DNA from: Patescibacteria group bacterium
Lineage (GTDB): Bacteria > Patescibacteriota > Gracilibacteria > Peribacterales > Peribacteraceae
DNA length: 64,000 nt
NCBI GenBank assembly: GCA_023263945.1
Contig: JALQTW010000004.1
Coordinates: 3,095 to 67,094 of the forward strand
Direction of reading: 5' to 3'
The notes beneath the pieces were generated by a model. The model ran no database searches. It was not told the origin of the DNA and saw only the letters and a program-made list of their open reading frames with translations. This document shows positions 28,402 to 39,000 of this stretch, one piece after another (position 1 is the first letter of the stretch; the number at the start of each line of letters is the position of its first letter). A program made the translations under genes and the position numbers.

Positions 28402-29583
28402 TTATTTTTTAATTGCGGTTACAACACCGGCACCAACCGTGCGGCCACCTTCGCGGATTGCGAAGCGTGTTCCGGTATCGAGAGCGATGGGAGCACCAAG
28501 CGTGACGACGAACTTAATGTTGTCACCCGGCATGACCATTTCGACACCTGCAGGAAGTTCTACAGAGCCCGTCACGTCCGTTGTACGAACGTAGAACTGT
28601 GGCTTGTAACCCTTGAAGAAAGGAGTGTGGCGTCCACCTTCCTCTTTCGTGAGGATATACACTTCTGCTTCGAATTCCGTATGAGGCTTAATGGAGCCTG
28701 GCTTTGCAAGCACCTGACCGCGCTCAATGTCTTCGCGTTCAATACCACGGAGGAGGAGACCGGCGTTGTCACCAGCCATACCTTCGTCCAGTTGCTTGTG
28801 GAACATTTCGATTCCCGTCACAACCGTCTTCTTCGTCTCACGAATACCCACAATTTCCACTTCATCGTTCAGTTTGATCTTTCCTGTTTCAATACGTCCC
28901 GTTGCCACTGTTCCACGTCCCTTGATGGAGAACACGTCTTCCACGGACATCAGGAATGGCTTGTCCGTTTCACGCTTTGGCTCAGGGATGTACGTATCAA
29001 GAGCATCCAGCAGTTCCTTCAGCTTACCGACGTTTTCAGCGTCTCCTTCAACAGCTTTGAGAGCAGAACCCTTGATGATAGGAGTCTTGTCTCCTGGGAA
29101 ACCGTACTTCGTGAGAAGTTCGCGGACTTCCACTTCAACGAGTTCGATCAATTCAGGATCCTTCACCATGTCGATCTTGTTCAAGAACACTACGATGTAC
29201 GGAACGTTCACCTGGCGAGCCAAGAGAATGTGTTCACGAGTCTGTGGCATGGGTCCATCTGCAGCGGACACCACAAGAATTGCTCCGTCCATTTGTGCTG
29301 CACCGGTGATCATGTTCTTCACGTAGTCAGCGTGACCAGGACAGTCCACGTGTGCGTAGTGACGCTTTGCAGATTCGTACTCCACGTGCGCCGTATTGAT
29401 GGTAATTCCACGTGCCTTTTCCTCCGGAGCATTGTCGATATCGGCATATGCCTTTTTCTCGCCTTCCGGAGAGAAGTTAACGGAGAGGGCCGCGGTGAGG
29501 GTTGTCTTACCGTGGTCGACGTGACCGATCGTACCGACGTTCACGTGCGGCTTACTTCGATCGAATTTCTTTGCATCTGCCAT
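28402..29583 (-). CDS. tuf: Elongation factor Tu
   Basis: [27 protein letters not shown], full EF-Tu sequence. Confidence 0.99.
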   Translation of the reverse strand: MADAKKFDRSKPHVNVGTIGHVDHGKTTLTAALSVNFSPEGEKKAYADIDNAPEEKARGITINTAHVEYESAKRHYAHVDCPGHADYVKNMITGAAQMDGAILVVSAADGPMPQTREHILLARQVNVPYIVVFLNKIDMVKDPELIELVEVEVRELLTKYGFPGDKTPIIKGSALKAVEGDAENVGKLKELLDALDTYIPEPKRETDKPFLMSVEDVFSIKGRGTVATGRIETGKIKLNDEVEIVGIRETKKTVVTGIEMFHKQLDEGMAGDNAGLLLRGIEREDIERGQVLAKPGSIKPHTEFEAEVYILTKEEGGRHTPFFKGYKPQFYVRTTDVTGSVELPAGVEMVMPGDNIKFVVTLGAPIALDTGTRFAIREGGRTVGAGVVTAIKK

Positions 29584-29724
29584 AAAAAGGTGAGGAAAAA
29601 GGGTCTAAAAATGAAGAATTTCTAAGGCATGCTAGCCTTAAAAGCCAAAGGAGTCTAGAGAGGAATAGAAGGGGAGTCAAGTAACGTTACACGGTAGCAG
29701 GTTGCTGGGTAGCAGGTTGTCCGA

Positions 29725-29985
29725 TTATGAGTCGTAAACTGTTGATCGATGCGCTATCGCTAAAATTTGCACTTCCTGCTTTTGAATAACAAAAATCACT
29801 CGATAATCGCCAATACGGAGGCTGCGTAGACCTTTTAAAGAATGTCGAAGGGGTTTTCCAAACAGTTCGGGATCGCTTGTCAATTTAACTTCAATTGCCT
29901 TACGGATACGCACAAGATCTTTCTTCGGTAAACGTTTGAAAGCCTTTCTATCAATCTGATCGCTATAAACGATTCTGTACCTCAT
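29725..29985 (-). CDS. RelE/ParE-family toxin
   Basis: GKPLRHSLKGLRSLRIGDYRVIF, IAHRSTVY. Confidence 0.92.
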   Translation of the reverse strand: MRYRIVYSDQIDRKAFKRLPKKDLVRIRKAIEVKLTSDPELFGKPLRHSLKGLRSLRIGDYRVIFVIQKQEVQILAIAHRSTVYDS

Positions 29986-30203
29986 GACCAGAACTTTTTA
30001 TGACTGATGTATTTCTTCGTCTTTTTGAGTCTCTCTTCGCCTAGCTCACTCAAGTAGGCATCTTCTTCTATATCCATTGCCATTTTCAGTAATTCCAAGG
30101 CTTTGGTTGCCTGTGGCACATCATCACGCGCAGAAAGTTCCTGCAGGAGGATATGAACATCGTTTGGCAGACTGATGTTGATACGCTTCTTAGAGGTTGG
30201 CAT
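29982..30203 (-). CDS. Ribbon-helix-helix antitoxin
   Basis: KKRINISL N-terminus, acidic EEDAYL, ISHKKFW tail; 4-nt overlap with the toxin. Confidence 0.85.
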   Translation of the reverse strand: MPTSKKRINISLPNDVHILLQELSARDDVPQATKALELLKMAMDIEEDAYLSELGEERLKKTKKYISHKKFWS

Positions 30204-30209
30204 ATTCCT

Positions 30210-30239
30210 AGTGTATCAAAAGTGTATCACCTTTGTCAA
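30210..30239 (-). promoter_or_regulatory. Toxin-antitoxin promoter with a probable operator
   Basis: TTGACA, 18 nt, TACACT; direct repeat AGTGTATCA at 30210 and 30221. Confidence 0.6.
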
Positions 30240-30484
30240 ACTGCGGATTTCTCATACGGTGCGCCAAACGGTACAAAAGGCTCAATGTTCAGATTGAGGA
30301 GAACGCCTTTTATCTGCTCTACCTGGCCCTGTGTAAGATTCATGAGTACGGTGTCTATTCCGCCCCACGTTCCCGAGAGATCTGCATCAGACAGAACCTG
30401 CTGTACATCCGCATACATCCTGGCACCAGCATTTTCACGCTGGTCTGACGGAGCTTTTTTCTCTGTGAGTTTGTAATACTCCAT
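30236..30484 (-). CDS. Hypothetical protein (82 aa, MEYYKLTEKK...)
   Basis: 3' part of the track ORF that does not overlap mutY. Confidence 0.45.
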   Translation of the reverse strand: MEYYKLTEKKAPSDQRENAGARMYADVQQVLSDADLSGTWGGIDTVLMNLTQGQVEQIKGVLLNLNIEPFVPFGAPYEKSAV

Positions 30485-30544
30485 ATGTCTGCATAGTAAT
30501 CGCACAAAGGTGCAAGTCAATACATCACCAGATACAATAAAAGC

Positions 30545-31480
30545 ATGGACCGTGCTGAGAAAATGAAAGCCTTTTCGGATGCCATCTGGGGATGGTTTTC
30601 TGAACATAAGAGAACGCTTCCGTGGCGGGATGTAGATCATCTCTCTGCGGCTGATCGAGCATATCGTGTCTGGATTTCTGAAGTGATGCTGCAACAGACA
30701 CAGGTGAGCAGGGTCATCGTCATTTTTGATCGCTTCCTCAAAGAATTCCCTCATCTAAGAGACCTCGCACAGGCGTCCAATCGTGATGTGATCATGGCCT
30801 GGAGAGGGATGGGGTATAACTCCCGTGCACTCAGGCTTCGTGATGGTGCAAAGGTGGTTATGGATCAATTTGGAGGAACTTTTCCTCATGACGTGGAGCA
30901 CCTCCGATCCATCCCTGGCATCGGGCGTTACACGGCGGGAGCTATCCGCAATTTTGCGTTCAATCTTCCAACGCCGTGTATCGATACAAACATCGAACGG
31001 ATTTTATTACGTGTGTTCTATGCACCGTCTGTCATATCTGTGAAGACCGATGAGCTGTATCAACTTGCATCGAACATTCTCAATATCGCGATCGATCCCG
31101 CTGAACTCCATTTCACGAAAGACTGGCATGCAGCACTCATGGACTTTGGCTCTCTTGTGTGCACCAAGACGAACCCTCGTTATGAGAGTGATCCTCTCAT
31201 GGCTCTTGGTCTCTACGAAAGTCCGTATCGATCGGACATCAAGAAGAAAGCAAAAGAACGGTTCCATCATGGAGAGCCAAATCGTATTTATCGTGGACGG
31301 ATTATCGAGGCGCTTCGGAATCGTCCGAATGGTATTCCATCTGAAGATCTTGGTGATTTGATCGATACACAATGGAAAGGAAAGAAGGAGGAAAAAGTGT
31401 GGTTAGAAAAAATCATCCAAAGGCTCGTAAAAGATCATCTTATTGAAATGAAAAAGGATCGAGTTCGCTTAAAGATTTAG
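30545..31480 (+). CDS. mutY: A/G-specific adenine glycosylase (HhH-GPD)
   Basis: RTLPWR, YRVWISEVMLQQTQV, WRGMGYNSRA, IPGIGRYTAGAI, IDTNIER, ALMDFG. Confidence 0.92.
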   Translation: MDRAEKMKAFSDAIWGWFSEHKRTLPWRDVDHLSAADRAYRVWISEVMLQQTQVSRVIVIFDRFLKEFPHLRDLAQASNRDVIMAWRGMGYNSRALRLRDGAKVVMDQFGGTFPHDVEHLRSIPGIGRYTAGAIRNFAFNLPTPCIDTNIERILLRVFYAPSVISVKTDELYQLASNILNIAIDPAELHFTKDWHAALMDFGSLVCTKTNPRYESDPLMALGLYESPYRSDIKKKAKERFHHGEPNRIYRGRIIEALRNRPNGIPSEDLGDLIDTQWKGKKEEKVWLEKIIQRLVKDHLIEMKKDRVRLKI

Positions 31481-31563
31481 TGATAGGACAAACCCTCGCC
31501 CCAATTACGGGGCTCCGGTTTATCAAAAAATAAATCTCAATTCTTAATTCCAAATTCTCGATT

Positions 31564-32229
31564 CTATGAAGCCATCGCTTCTGCCTTCACTGCCCTTCGC
31601 ATGGTCCACAGCGCACTCACGCCAAGCGTTGTGAGAGCAACAATGAGGCCAGGCCCCGTGTGGCTCAACGGAGCACCGGAATTGTTGTTTCCTACGGAGA
31701 GAACCGGGGGGTAAGGCTTGTATCCGTCTGGGTAGTATTGGTTTGGATAATTCGGATAGTTTGGGTAGCCGTAGGGGCAACCGTACGCTGCACAGTTAGG
31801 GTCATACGCACCGCCAGATCCACCAGAACCACTTCCACCGCCTGTGTTTCTTGGAGAAGATGAAGAACTGCCTGTGGGCAATTGAGGAACAATGTCATCA
31901 TCGCCATTTGGCAACTGGGGTACGATGTCATCGTCCGTGGTTGGAAGCTGTGGAATTTGATTTGCAGTCGGAAGGTTTGGAATCTGAGAATTTGGAGTCG
32001 GGAGATTCGGAATTTGCGAGTTACCCAAATTCAGCGTGGGAATGGCAGGATGGAGCTGAGGGATTTGGCTTCCGCTGGGAGATTGCTGCGACGGAAAGAG
32101 ACCGTTCAATGCTTCATCGGGCGTCACATATGCGTAAGCAGACCCGCTTGTGAGTAGCGGAATCATCAAGCCTGCAAGAACAAGGCCGAAACGGGCAATT
32201 CGTGAAGTGATATGGGTATGGGTGTACAA
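31564..32229 (-). CDS. Low-complexity Pro/Gln/Asn-repeat surface protein with an LPxTG-like C-terminal motif
   Basis: Signal peptide, (Q)IP(N/Q)LP and DDDIVPQLP repeats, YPNYPN, PLSHTGPG plus TM plus RR; start uncertain (TTG 7 nt after TATAAT). Confidence 0.7.
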   Translation of the reverse strand: MYTHTHITSRIARFGLVLAGLMIPLLTSGSAYAYVTPDEALNGLFPSQQSPSGSQIPQLHPAIPTLNLGNSQIPNLPTPNSQIPNLPTANQIPQLPTTDDDIVPQLPNGDDDIVPQLPTGSSSSSPRNTGGGSGSGGSGGAYDPNCAAYGCPYGYPNYPNYPNQYYPDGYKPYPPVLSVGNNNSGAPLSHTGPGLIVALTTLGVSALWTMRRAVKAEAMAS

Positions 32230-32386
32230 CGTTTTATTATAGCACAAAAAGGGGGTTTTTTACAAGGGAGGATCTGGGCTTAGGAAAGCCACAACCGCGC
32301 TAGAATTGAGAATTTGGAATGGTGAATTGAGAAAGGGTAAGAGTCCATTCTTCTCAATTCTAGATTCTCAATTCGCAATTCTTTCT

Positions 32387-34249
32387 CTAGTTTGTTGGGA
32401 TAATCACACGATCGTAGATCTTCACATCATCAATCTGGCCGGCAAACGGAGAGATGGCTGCATCGCCCATGCCAATCTGCGCTTCTCCATTGTTGATAAT
32501 GGAATTGATGCCGCCTGGACTGCGCAAGGTATTGAGTGTGACGTTGAGATTTCCTCGTGCTGTGGAGAATTCCGTGCCATTCACGTAGATTTTCACCGCG
32601 TCAGGAGTTCCGGCGAGAGCTGCATTTGTGCCGTTGTAACTCACCACAACATGATGAATGGCTCCCGTACCGAAAGCCGTACCGGTCTTCACTTCAAGGC
32701 CAATGGGATTTAAGAAAGAACTGCCGGACATCTTAAAGCCGAATCGCTGATCGGCGGTGTATGTCATAGCCCACCCCGGGAAAGAAAAGCCTCTGCTCTC
32801 CACTTTTCCAACAATAATACCATCCTGCGTGCTCGTTGCACTGGGCTTTGCGTACGCACCCAGAGAGAAATCGTTGTTGTACTGGAAATTGAAGAGGGCC
32901 AATGCTCCAATATTCACATACTGATCAATGCCATTCAGACTTGCAGAACTTCCCACTCCTGTCAGAGGGGAGCTCCATGTAGCACCATTTGCGAAGACAA
33001 CATCATGATCACCCGTTGTGGCATCTTGGGATACTGTTCCGTTTCCTTCATTCAGTGGCCAGTAACCAAGAAGACCTGCTTCCAGTCCTGCTTGAACCGT
33101 GAAGGTGACAACGCGGGTGGTGAATGGTGTGGGGAAAGGGAATGAATCGTTCAGGGCAGTCATAGAGACAACGTACGTACCGGGTGTTGTGGGAGTCCAT
33201 GTAAGTTCGCCGGTCGTTTGATCAAACGATGAACCGCCCAGGTTAATACTGTTCACGCCCCCAACGAAAGCGAGGAGATCAAATTCTTCAATCACACCGT
33301 TGGGGTTCAAGTCTGCGCTGGCAAGGAACCCGGAATCGCCTGTGTGTTTACCGAAGAGGCTCTCAATGAGATTGTAATCTGTTCCATCCACAAACGTGTC
33401 TCCGTTCACATCAAGATGTACGGGGCCAGCCATCATATTCTGGGAAGCCATGAGGAAACGAACGCTATCGGTTTCTGGATCTGTTACATCCAACGTAAGA
33501 CTAAAAGGTTGTCCCACCGTGAGATTGTATGTCGTATTCAGATTATTAAAGACCGGTGGCTGGTTTGCGGTAACAGTACTGGAGGAAGAGCTTGAAGAAG
33601 AACTGGAAAGCTGATCGGAAACACAGACTCCACTGTTACACACCATGAGCGCAGGACAGACATTCGTTCCATTATCGCAGGGGAGACAGATACCGTTTAC
33701 ACAAACCTGACTATTGGGACAAAGCGCACCCGAGCATTGTGCAGAGGAGCTGGAACTACTCACTGCTCCTGCAGCACTGCAGCGAAAATCAAATTGCTGT
33801 GTTGCCTGCACGTAATATGTTCTGTTGGGCTTGAATGTTGCAAGGACGGGAGAAGCATTTCCTGCAAAACCAAAACGCTCACCGGGCCATGTTGCGCTCG
33901 TAGGATTTTTCTCTGCAGCGAAGTCTGCTGTGTACTCATAAATCTTCAGTCCTGAGACACCGGAAAAATCTGATGGAGAAAGCCACTGATCGCTTCCGCC
34001 AAGGGATGCAGGGCATGTGAAGATACCGTGGGTTCCGGCTGGGAGGTTTGCATTTTCTGCAGAGGCAAGAGGACCAAAACGGAAATTTTCCGTCAAGCCG
34101 TTTCTCATAAAACTCTTGTCGCTCAATGCTCCGCCAAGTCCGCCAAGTCCCCCCAACTGTGCAATGGCTACAACCACAAGAAGTGCCAGAACAACAATGG
34201 TTCCAAGAACGTACGTACGATGACGGGAAGCGGATGGGGGAGTGGGCAT
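32387..34249 (-). CDS. Modular surface protein: shared N-domain, Cys-rich module, Ig-like domain with dockerin-like insert, LamG
   Basis: NQPPVF..DPETD, DVNGDTFVDGTD / DLNPNGVIEEFD, GYWPLNEG..IDDVKIY. Confidence 0.8.
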   Translation of the reverse strand: MPTPPSASRHRTYVLGTIVVLALLVVVAIAQLGGLGGLGGALSDKSFMRNGLTENFRFGPLASAENANLPAGTHGIFTCPASLGGSDQWLSPSDFSGVSGLKIYEYTADFAAEKNPTSATWPGERFGFAGNASPVLATFKPNRTYYVQATQQFDFRCSAAGAVSSSSSSAQCSGALCPNSQVCVNGICLPCDNGTNVCPALMVCNSGVCVSDQLSSSSSSSSSSTVTANQPPVFNNLNTTYNLTVGQPFSLTLDVTDPETDSVRFLMASQNMMAGPVHLDVNGDTFVDGTDYNLIESLFGKHTGDSGFLASADLNPNGVIEEFDLLAFVGGVNSINLGGSSFDQTTGELTWTPTTPGTYVVSMTALNDSFPFPTPFTTRVVTFTVQAGLEAGLLGYWPLNEGNGTVSQDATTGDHDVVFANGATWSSPLTGVGSSASLNGIDQYVNIGALALFNFQYNNDFSLGAYAKPSATSTQDGIIVGKVESRGFSFPGWAMTYTADQRFGFKMSGSSFLNPIGLEVKTGTAFGTGAIHHVVVSYNGTNAALAGTPDAVKIYVNGTEFSTARGNLNVTLNTLRSPGGINSIINNGEAQIGMGDAAISPFAGQIDDVKIYDRVIIPTN

Positions 34250-34302
34250 AACCTTTATGGAGATGATAGAGGAGAGAGGAGGGCAAAGGAAAGCAATTTT
34301 TT

Positions 34303-36060
34303 CTAATTACAGAGAGCACCACAGGTTGCGGCTGTGTGGTTGCAGTAACAGGCGCTTGTAGGGGTACTAGAGGAGCTACCCGGGGTGGCAGAGCAGGAGG
34401 GCGTTCCCCCACTCATCACGCAGAATTTTCCTGCGGTACAACCACAATCGCTTGCGCAGTTACAGCGTTCACCAGGTTCACAGATGGAGTCAAAATCGCA
34501 CACGAGAATGGATTTATTGTGAACCAGAACATCATTTGCAAAATAGGTATGCGTTCCATCCACGGTCATGTTGAAGACAGGAGCTTTTCCTGTCACAGGA
34601 GTGATGGAAGAAACGGTATCGGTTGTTCCATCGGAGAGACTCAGAATGTCACCAGGGACAAGTTCACCCGCTTTTTTCCATATTCCGTGTGACCAGAAAG
34701 GATGTTCGGGTGTTACCTCAATGTGCCGAATGGGAGTTTTCAGAACAACACGCTTTTCACTTATGCGTGAGAAGATGGTGCTAACCTTTGCGCTTGCCTG
34801 CTTTCCTGTCGCAGGGTCCATCGACTGAACACGGTCTCCTTCTTTTACGGTTTCAATCGGTTTGGAAGAACCATCTGCCATGAGAATAGGCGTTCCTGAA
34901 ACGAAACAGTTCACATCCGCCGTGATGATGTTGTTATAAATATTGATGTCATCCAGTCCTCCTGCGAACGATGTTCCAACCCCTGCACCCATACGAAGGT
35001 TCGCTGAGCTTACAAATGTGGCAGGTGCAGGATTTGTAGACGTGAAGGTTGTCTGCCCCCCTGTTGGTGGCACCGTCATAGGATTCATCTGATCAACGTA
35101 AATTCTTCCACGACTCGCCAATGCAAACTGTGGGTTATAGGTCACAACCACGTAATGGAATTTACCGTCTACAGGCACGGTTCCTGCCGATGTAAAGCGG
35201 ACATCTTTCGTCATGGATTCTGCAAGAATGAGTTCTACTTTGTTATCGGATCGGAGTTTCACTTCATATCCATTGCCGCTGGAGCTGAAACGTTTGGAAA
35301 GAAGAAGCGCATCCTGCGTTCGGGCGGAGCGCACCCAGAGCGTGATGGAGAACGGAGAAGAGAAATCGAACTGAAGCGCCGTTGTAGAAACCGTTATGGC
35401 ATCATCAATACCATCGAAGGTGATGGCGCGGTTGCTTGCAAGGAACGCTCCTGCTTCCCGCTGGGCACCTCCTGTAATGGTGCCGTTCGATACACCGACT
35501 CCTGTTGTAGTCGTGGAACTTACGGCTTCTTCCAGTGGCCACCGTGCTATGGCCGTAATGGTTCCTCCTGCAGAAGAGGAACTTGCATAGTTATACGTGC
35601 ATGCAAATTGGAATGCTGAATCTGCAGAGATAAGGTACGTTCGTCCAGAAAAGAATTGTGTGAGCGAATTGGACCCTCCATATCCGTACCGGAGACCGGA
35701 CCATCTACTGGATGACTGGAGAGATGTATTCTTTTCCGTCTTCGAGTTTATTTTGGAGAATTCGTATGCTTTGAAACCGGGAACATTCGAAAAAGATGTA
35801 GGACTCGTTACTGCGTAATTTGTAGGCAGAGGATTTCCCGCATCACATGTCACAAGTCCGTATTGTCCCTGGGGAATCACTACGGTTTCTGCATTACTGA
35901 GTGCTGCAGGAATGTACGTCTTTCCGCTCACTGTCACGGGAGGGCTTACCTGTCCTGTAAGGGATGCCGGATTCGCCTTTCTTGAGAAAACGACGTACAG
36001 CACAATCGCGCTTATAACGAGGACAACAAGTGCCAGTTGACGGAATGTTTTGGAGGTCAT
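34303..36060 (-). CDS. Modular surface protein: shared N-domain, LamG, Hint domain, Cys-rich C-terminal peptide
   Basis: CFVSGTPILMADG...TPEHPF...VFNMTVDGTHTYFANDVLVHN. Confidence 0.88.
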   Translation of the reverse strand: MTSKTFRQLALVVLVISAIVLYVVFSRKANPASLTGQVSPPVTVSGKTYIPAALSNAETVVIPQGQYGLVTCDAGNPLPTNYAVTSPTSFSNVPGFKAYEFSKINSKTEKNTSLQSSSRWSGLRYGYGGSNSLTQFFSGRTYLISADSAFQFACTYNYASSSSAGGTITAIARWPLEEAVSSTTTTGVGVSNGTITGGAQREAGAFLASNRAITFDGIDDAITVSTTALQFDFSSPFSITLWVRSARTQDALLLSKRFSSSGNGYEVKLRSDNKVELILAESMTKDVRFTSAGTVPVDGKFHYVVVTYNPQFALASRGRIYVDQMNPMTVPPTGGQTTFTSTNPAPATFVSSANLRMGAGVGTSFAGGLDDINIYNNIITADVNCFVSGTPILMADGSSKPIETVKEGDRVQSMDPATGKQASAKVSTIFSRISEKRVVLKTPIRHIEVTPEHPFWSHGIWKKAGELVPGDILSLSDGTTDTVSSITPVTGKAPVFNMTVDGTHTYFANDVLVHNKSILVCDFDSICEPGERCNCASDCGCTAGKFCVMSGGTPSCSATPGSSSSTPTSACYCNHTAATCGALCN

Positions 36061-39000
36061 GGAAGCGGGAACGGAGGAGACATCAAAGAGCAGTTACTGA
36101 AGCAGCCATCACCATCGAAGCGGTTTCCATCATCACACTCTTCTCCGCTGTCCAGAACATTGTTACCACATGTGAGCGTGGGAGCGGAAGGAAGGAAGCC
36201 AGTATCCGAGAGAACCAGCACTTTTTCGTACGGTGTTGTGGGGGTGTTTGTTGCCTGACCGCCAATAGCCCACAGACCCATCCCTCCCCCAAACGGATGC
36301 GTGACGATGGAGAATTGCGTGGTGGGGTAGGGCAAGTTGTTTCCGGCTGTGTACCAGTCTGTTCCGTTATCGGAAAGGTAATTTGAGCAGATAGGCGCAG
36401 TAGAAGGACCTCCTCCAAGAGACCAGATTTTGTTCCGGAAGACAGCCAGCTGAACATCAATAAAGTTCGAAGGAAGAACACCTTGATACCGTGTCCACCC
36501 TGTCACCGGATCAAACACGAAGACATCTCGTGACGTGGTCGTGGTGATAGGGGTTGCAAAATAGCCACCCACAACGTAGATCTTTCCGTTAAAGACCACG
36601 GCTGCGTGATCACTCAAACCACGGTACTGTTCGTTGCCAAATTGTGGATCCAACGGAACAGGAAGATCTGCTTCTGTGTTCCAGGTGATTCCATCCGTGG
36701 ATGAATAGACTTTTCTGGATTTCAACCCGGCACCTTGGGAGAAGCCGGAAGAACCATTCCGTCCAGCTATCACCCACATTTTTCCGTTGAAGACCACACC
36801 GGCACTTTGTGCAAGGAAATCCGGAAGATCTCCCACGCGTTGCCATGTCACGCCTTCATCGGATGACATGAAGACTGCTTTCGAAATGTTGTTACTGAAG
36901 TAGGGGAAGATTTCGTTGGGAGCAAAGTTGTTGTAAGACGTCGCCCCTCCGATGTACCACAATTTATTTGCATAAGAGAGAGCAATGCCGTTCTGCATAT
37001 TGTGCGGAAGGAAGCCTTGAAACGTCCAGGTATCGCCATTCATGGACATATAGACACCGCTTCCTGCAACAATGGTCAGCGCGTTGTATCTGTTTCCGGC
37101 AAGGACAAAGAGTTTGCCGTTATGGCTCACGGCCGAACCCGCTGCAAGTTCCCGTGGGAGTGCATCGGTCCCTGCTTCCATCCATTCAGATGGCTCACAG
37201 AGTGCGTACGCTGGCTCAAAAGTATATGTTGCAGACGAAAGGGAGCTAGATGAACTAGAGACAGCAGCACTCGAAACGGGAGCAGCACATTGCAGTCCTG
37301 TGAAGACCGTATTACTGAACGTTTCTGAAATACTGTTTGCAGAAACGTATCCCAACACAGAAAGCAAAACAGGACACTGCGCACTTTGTGCAATGGTGAA
37401 GCCAATGGGAATACTGAAGTTATTATTGTTACCCGGTAAAACGAGAGAGTTATCTCCGCCGCAGATCACATCTGTTCCTTGCACACGGCATCCTGGCATG
37501 GTTTGTGCGGTATCCATGATGGCAGAAGCAGGAATAGGAACACGCAGTGTGACATTGGTCGCAATGGCTGAAGAGACGTTCGTCACACGGAAGGAATAGA
37601 GCGCCGTTTGTCCTGCCGTCACCGTTGTTGGGCCACTTGCAACGACTGACAACGGGGGAGAGGAGGAACTAGAAGAGGAGGGGGGAGCTGAGGAACTGGA
37701 CGAAGGAATCGGCTGACACGCAATCCCCGTGTACACCGTTTGAATGGGAATGGAGCGATATCCCGTTGCCGATGCAAAACCTGTGTTTGAGAGGATGGTA
37801 GGACAGGGAGTGGATGCTCCAAGAACAAACGAAACGGTGAGTGTCAGTTGCGCTCCGCCTGCCAGAGGTGAAGAAGGGCTACACACAAGATAACGATCTT
37901 GTACCGTGCATGATGCATCCGTTCCTCCCGTATTCACGGTGATGGAGGAGGCCGTGGGGAGAGGATTTCGAAGAGTCACGCCTGTAAGTGGTTGTGGACC
38001 GTTGTTTCGAAGACTATAGGTATACGTCACCGTATCTCCTACCATCGCACTTGTTGGTCCTGATTGGGAAACCGTGACGGGTGGAGGAGGAAGAACGAGA
38101 GCAGAGGACGAAGAACCCGTAGGGAAGATGTATTTGAAATCACTGGGATCCACGATGGTATCGAAAATCCTCACGTCATCTAGATTTCCGCTAAAAGGAG
38201 CATCACTCAAGAATGCGAATCCTTTTCCTATATAGAAGGTAGGGTCTGGAATAGAAAAGGTCGTCAGGTTTCCAAATGCTTGTGTGAGGAGTCCATCGTC
38301 ATGCACACCGTCGATGTACATCGTGATGCGATCGGTTGGATTCGCTTTTGTTCCATCGTACGACACAATTACATGCGAATATCGTCCTTCCGCCATGGGA
38401 AGAGAAGACGTTGCGATCATTCCTGCGTTCGTGCCTTCGGAAAGAATCAACTGAACGTAGCCATCCACTACTTGTAGCAAGTATCCTCGAAGCGGCATTG
38501 CGGAGACGGAGAAATTTCGAAGGACCGTCTTGTCTCCATTCCCCAGGAAGGAGAACGAGAAACGATTCTGTACGTCAAAGTTGAGAGTTTCTGAGTTCGC
38601 AGCGGTGAGAAAGTCGTCGATGCCGTCAAAGCTCAACGCTGCAACAGAATCCGTCGTTGCACCGGGAGCAATCCACGATGCACCTGCAATCGTCGCGTTA
38701 TGATTACTCACACTATCTACAGCAGTGAGACCCTGTCCTTCCTCCATTTTCCACCAGGCGATGGGACGTGGGGAAGAACACGAGAAGTCAAAATCTGTGG
38801 AAGAAGCCACGTAGTACATTTTTCCTGCAGCAAGTGTTTCTAAACTACCTCCTCCGCCACCTCCCGCACTGGACACGAAATTCACCCCAAAGCGAGGACC
38901 AGTCCATCTGGTTGAGGAGGCAAGCGTACGATTTTGCTCATTCGAAAATCCCGGTGAATACTCATAGATACGTAACCATCCTGGGTTTGAGGATGATCTG

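Noticed and set aside
28114..29625. 503-aa plus-strand ORF
   Set aside because: Antisense shadow of tuf/rpsJ; no protein-like motifs
34516..34908. Classical mobile intein
   Set aside because: No homing endonuclease, +1 residue is Lys, and the host is a surface protein; better treated as a Hint/BIL-type domain
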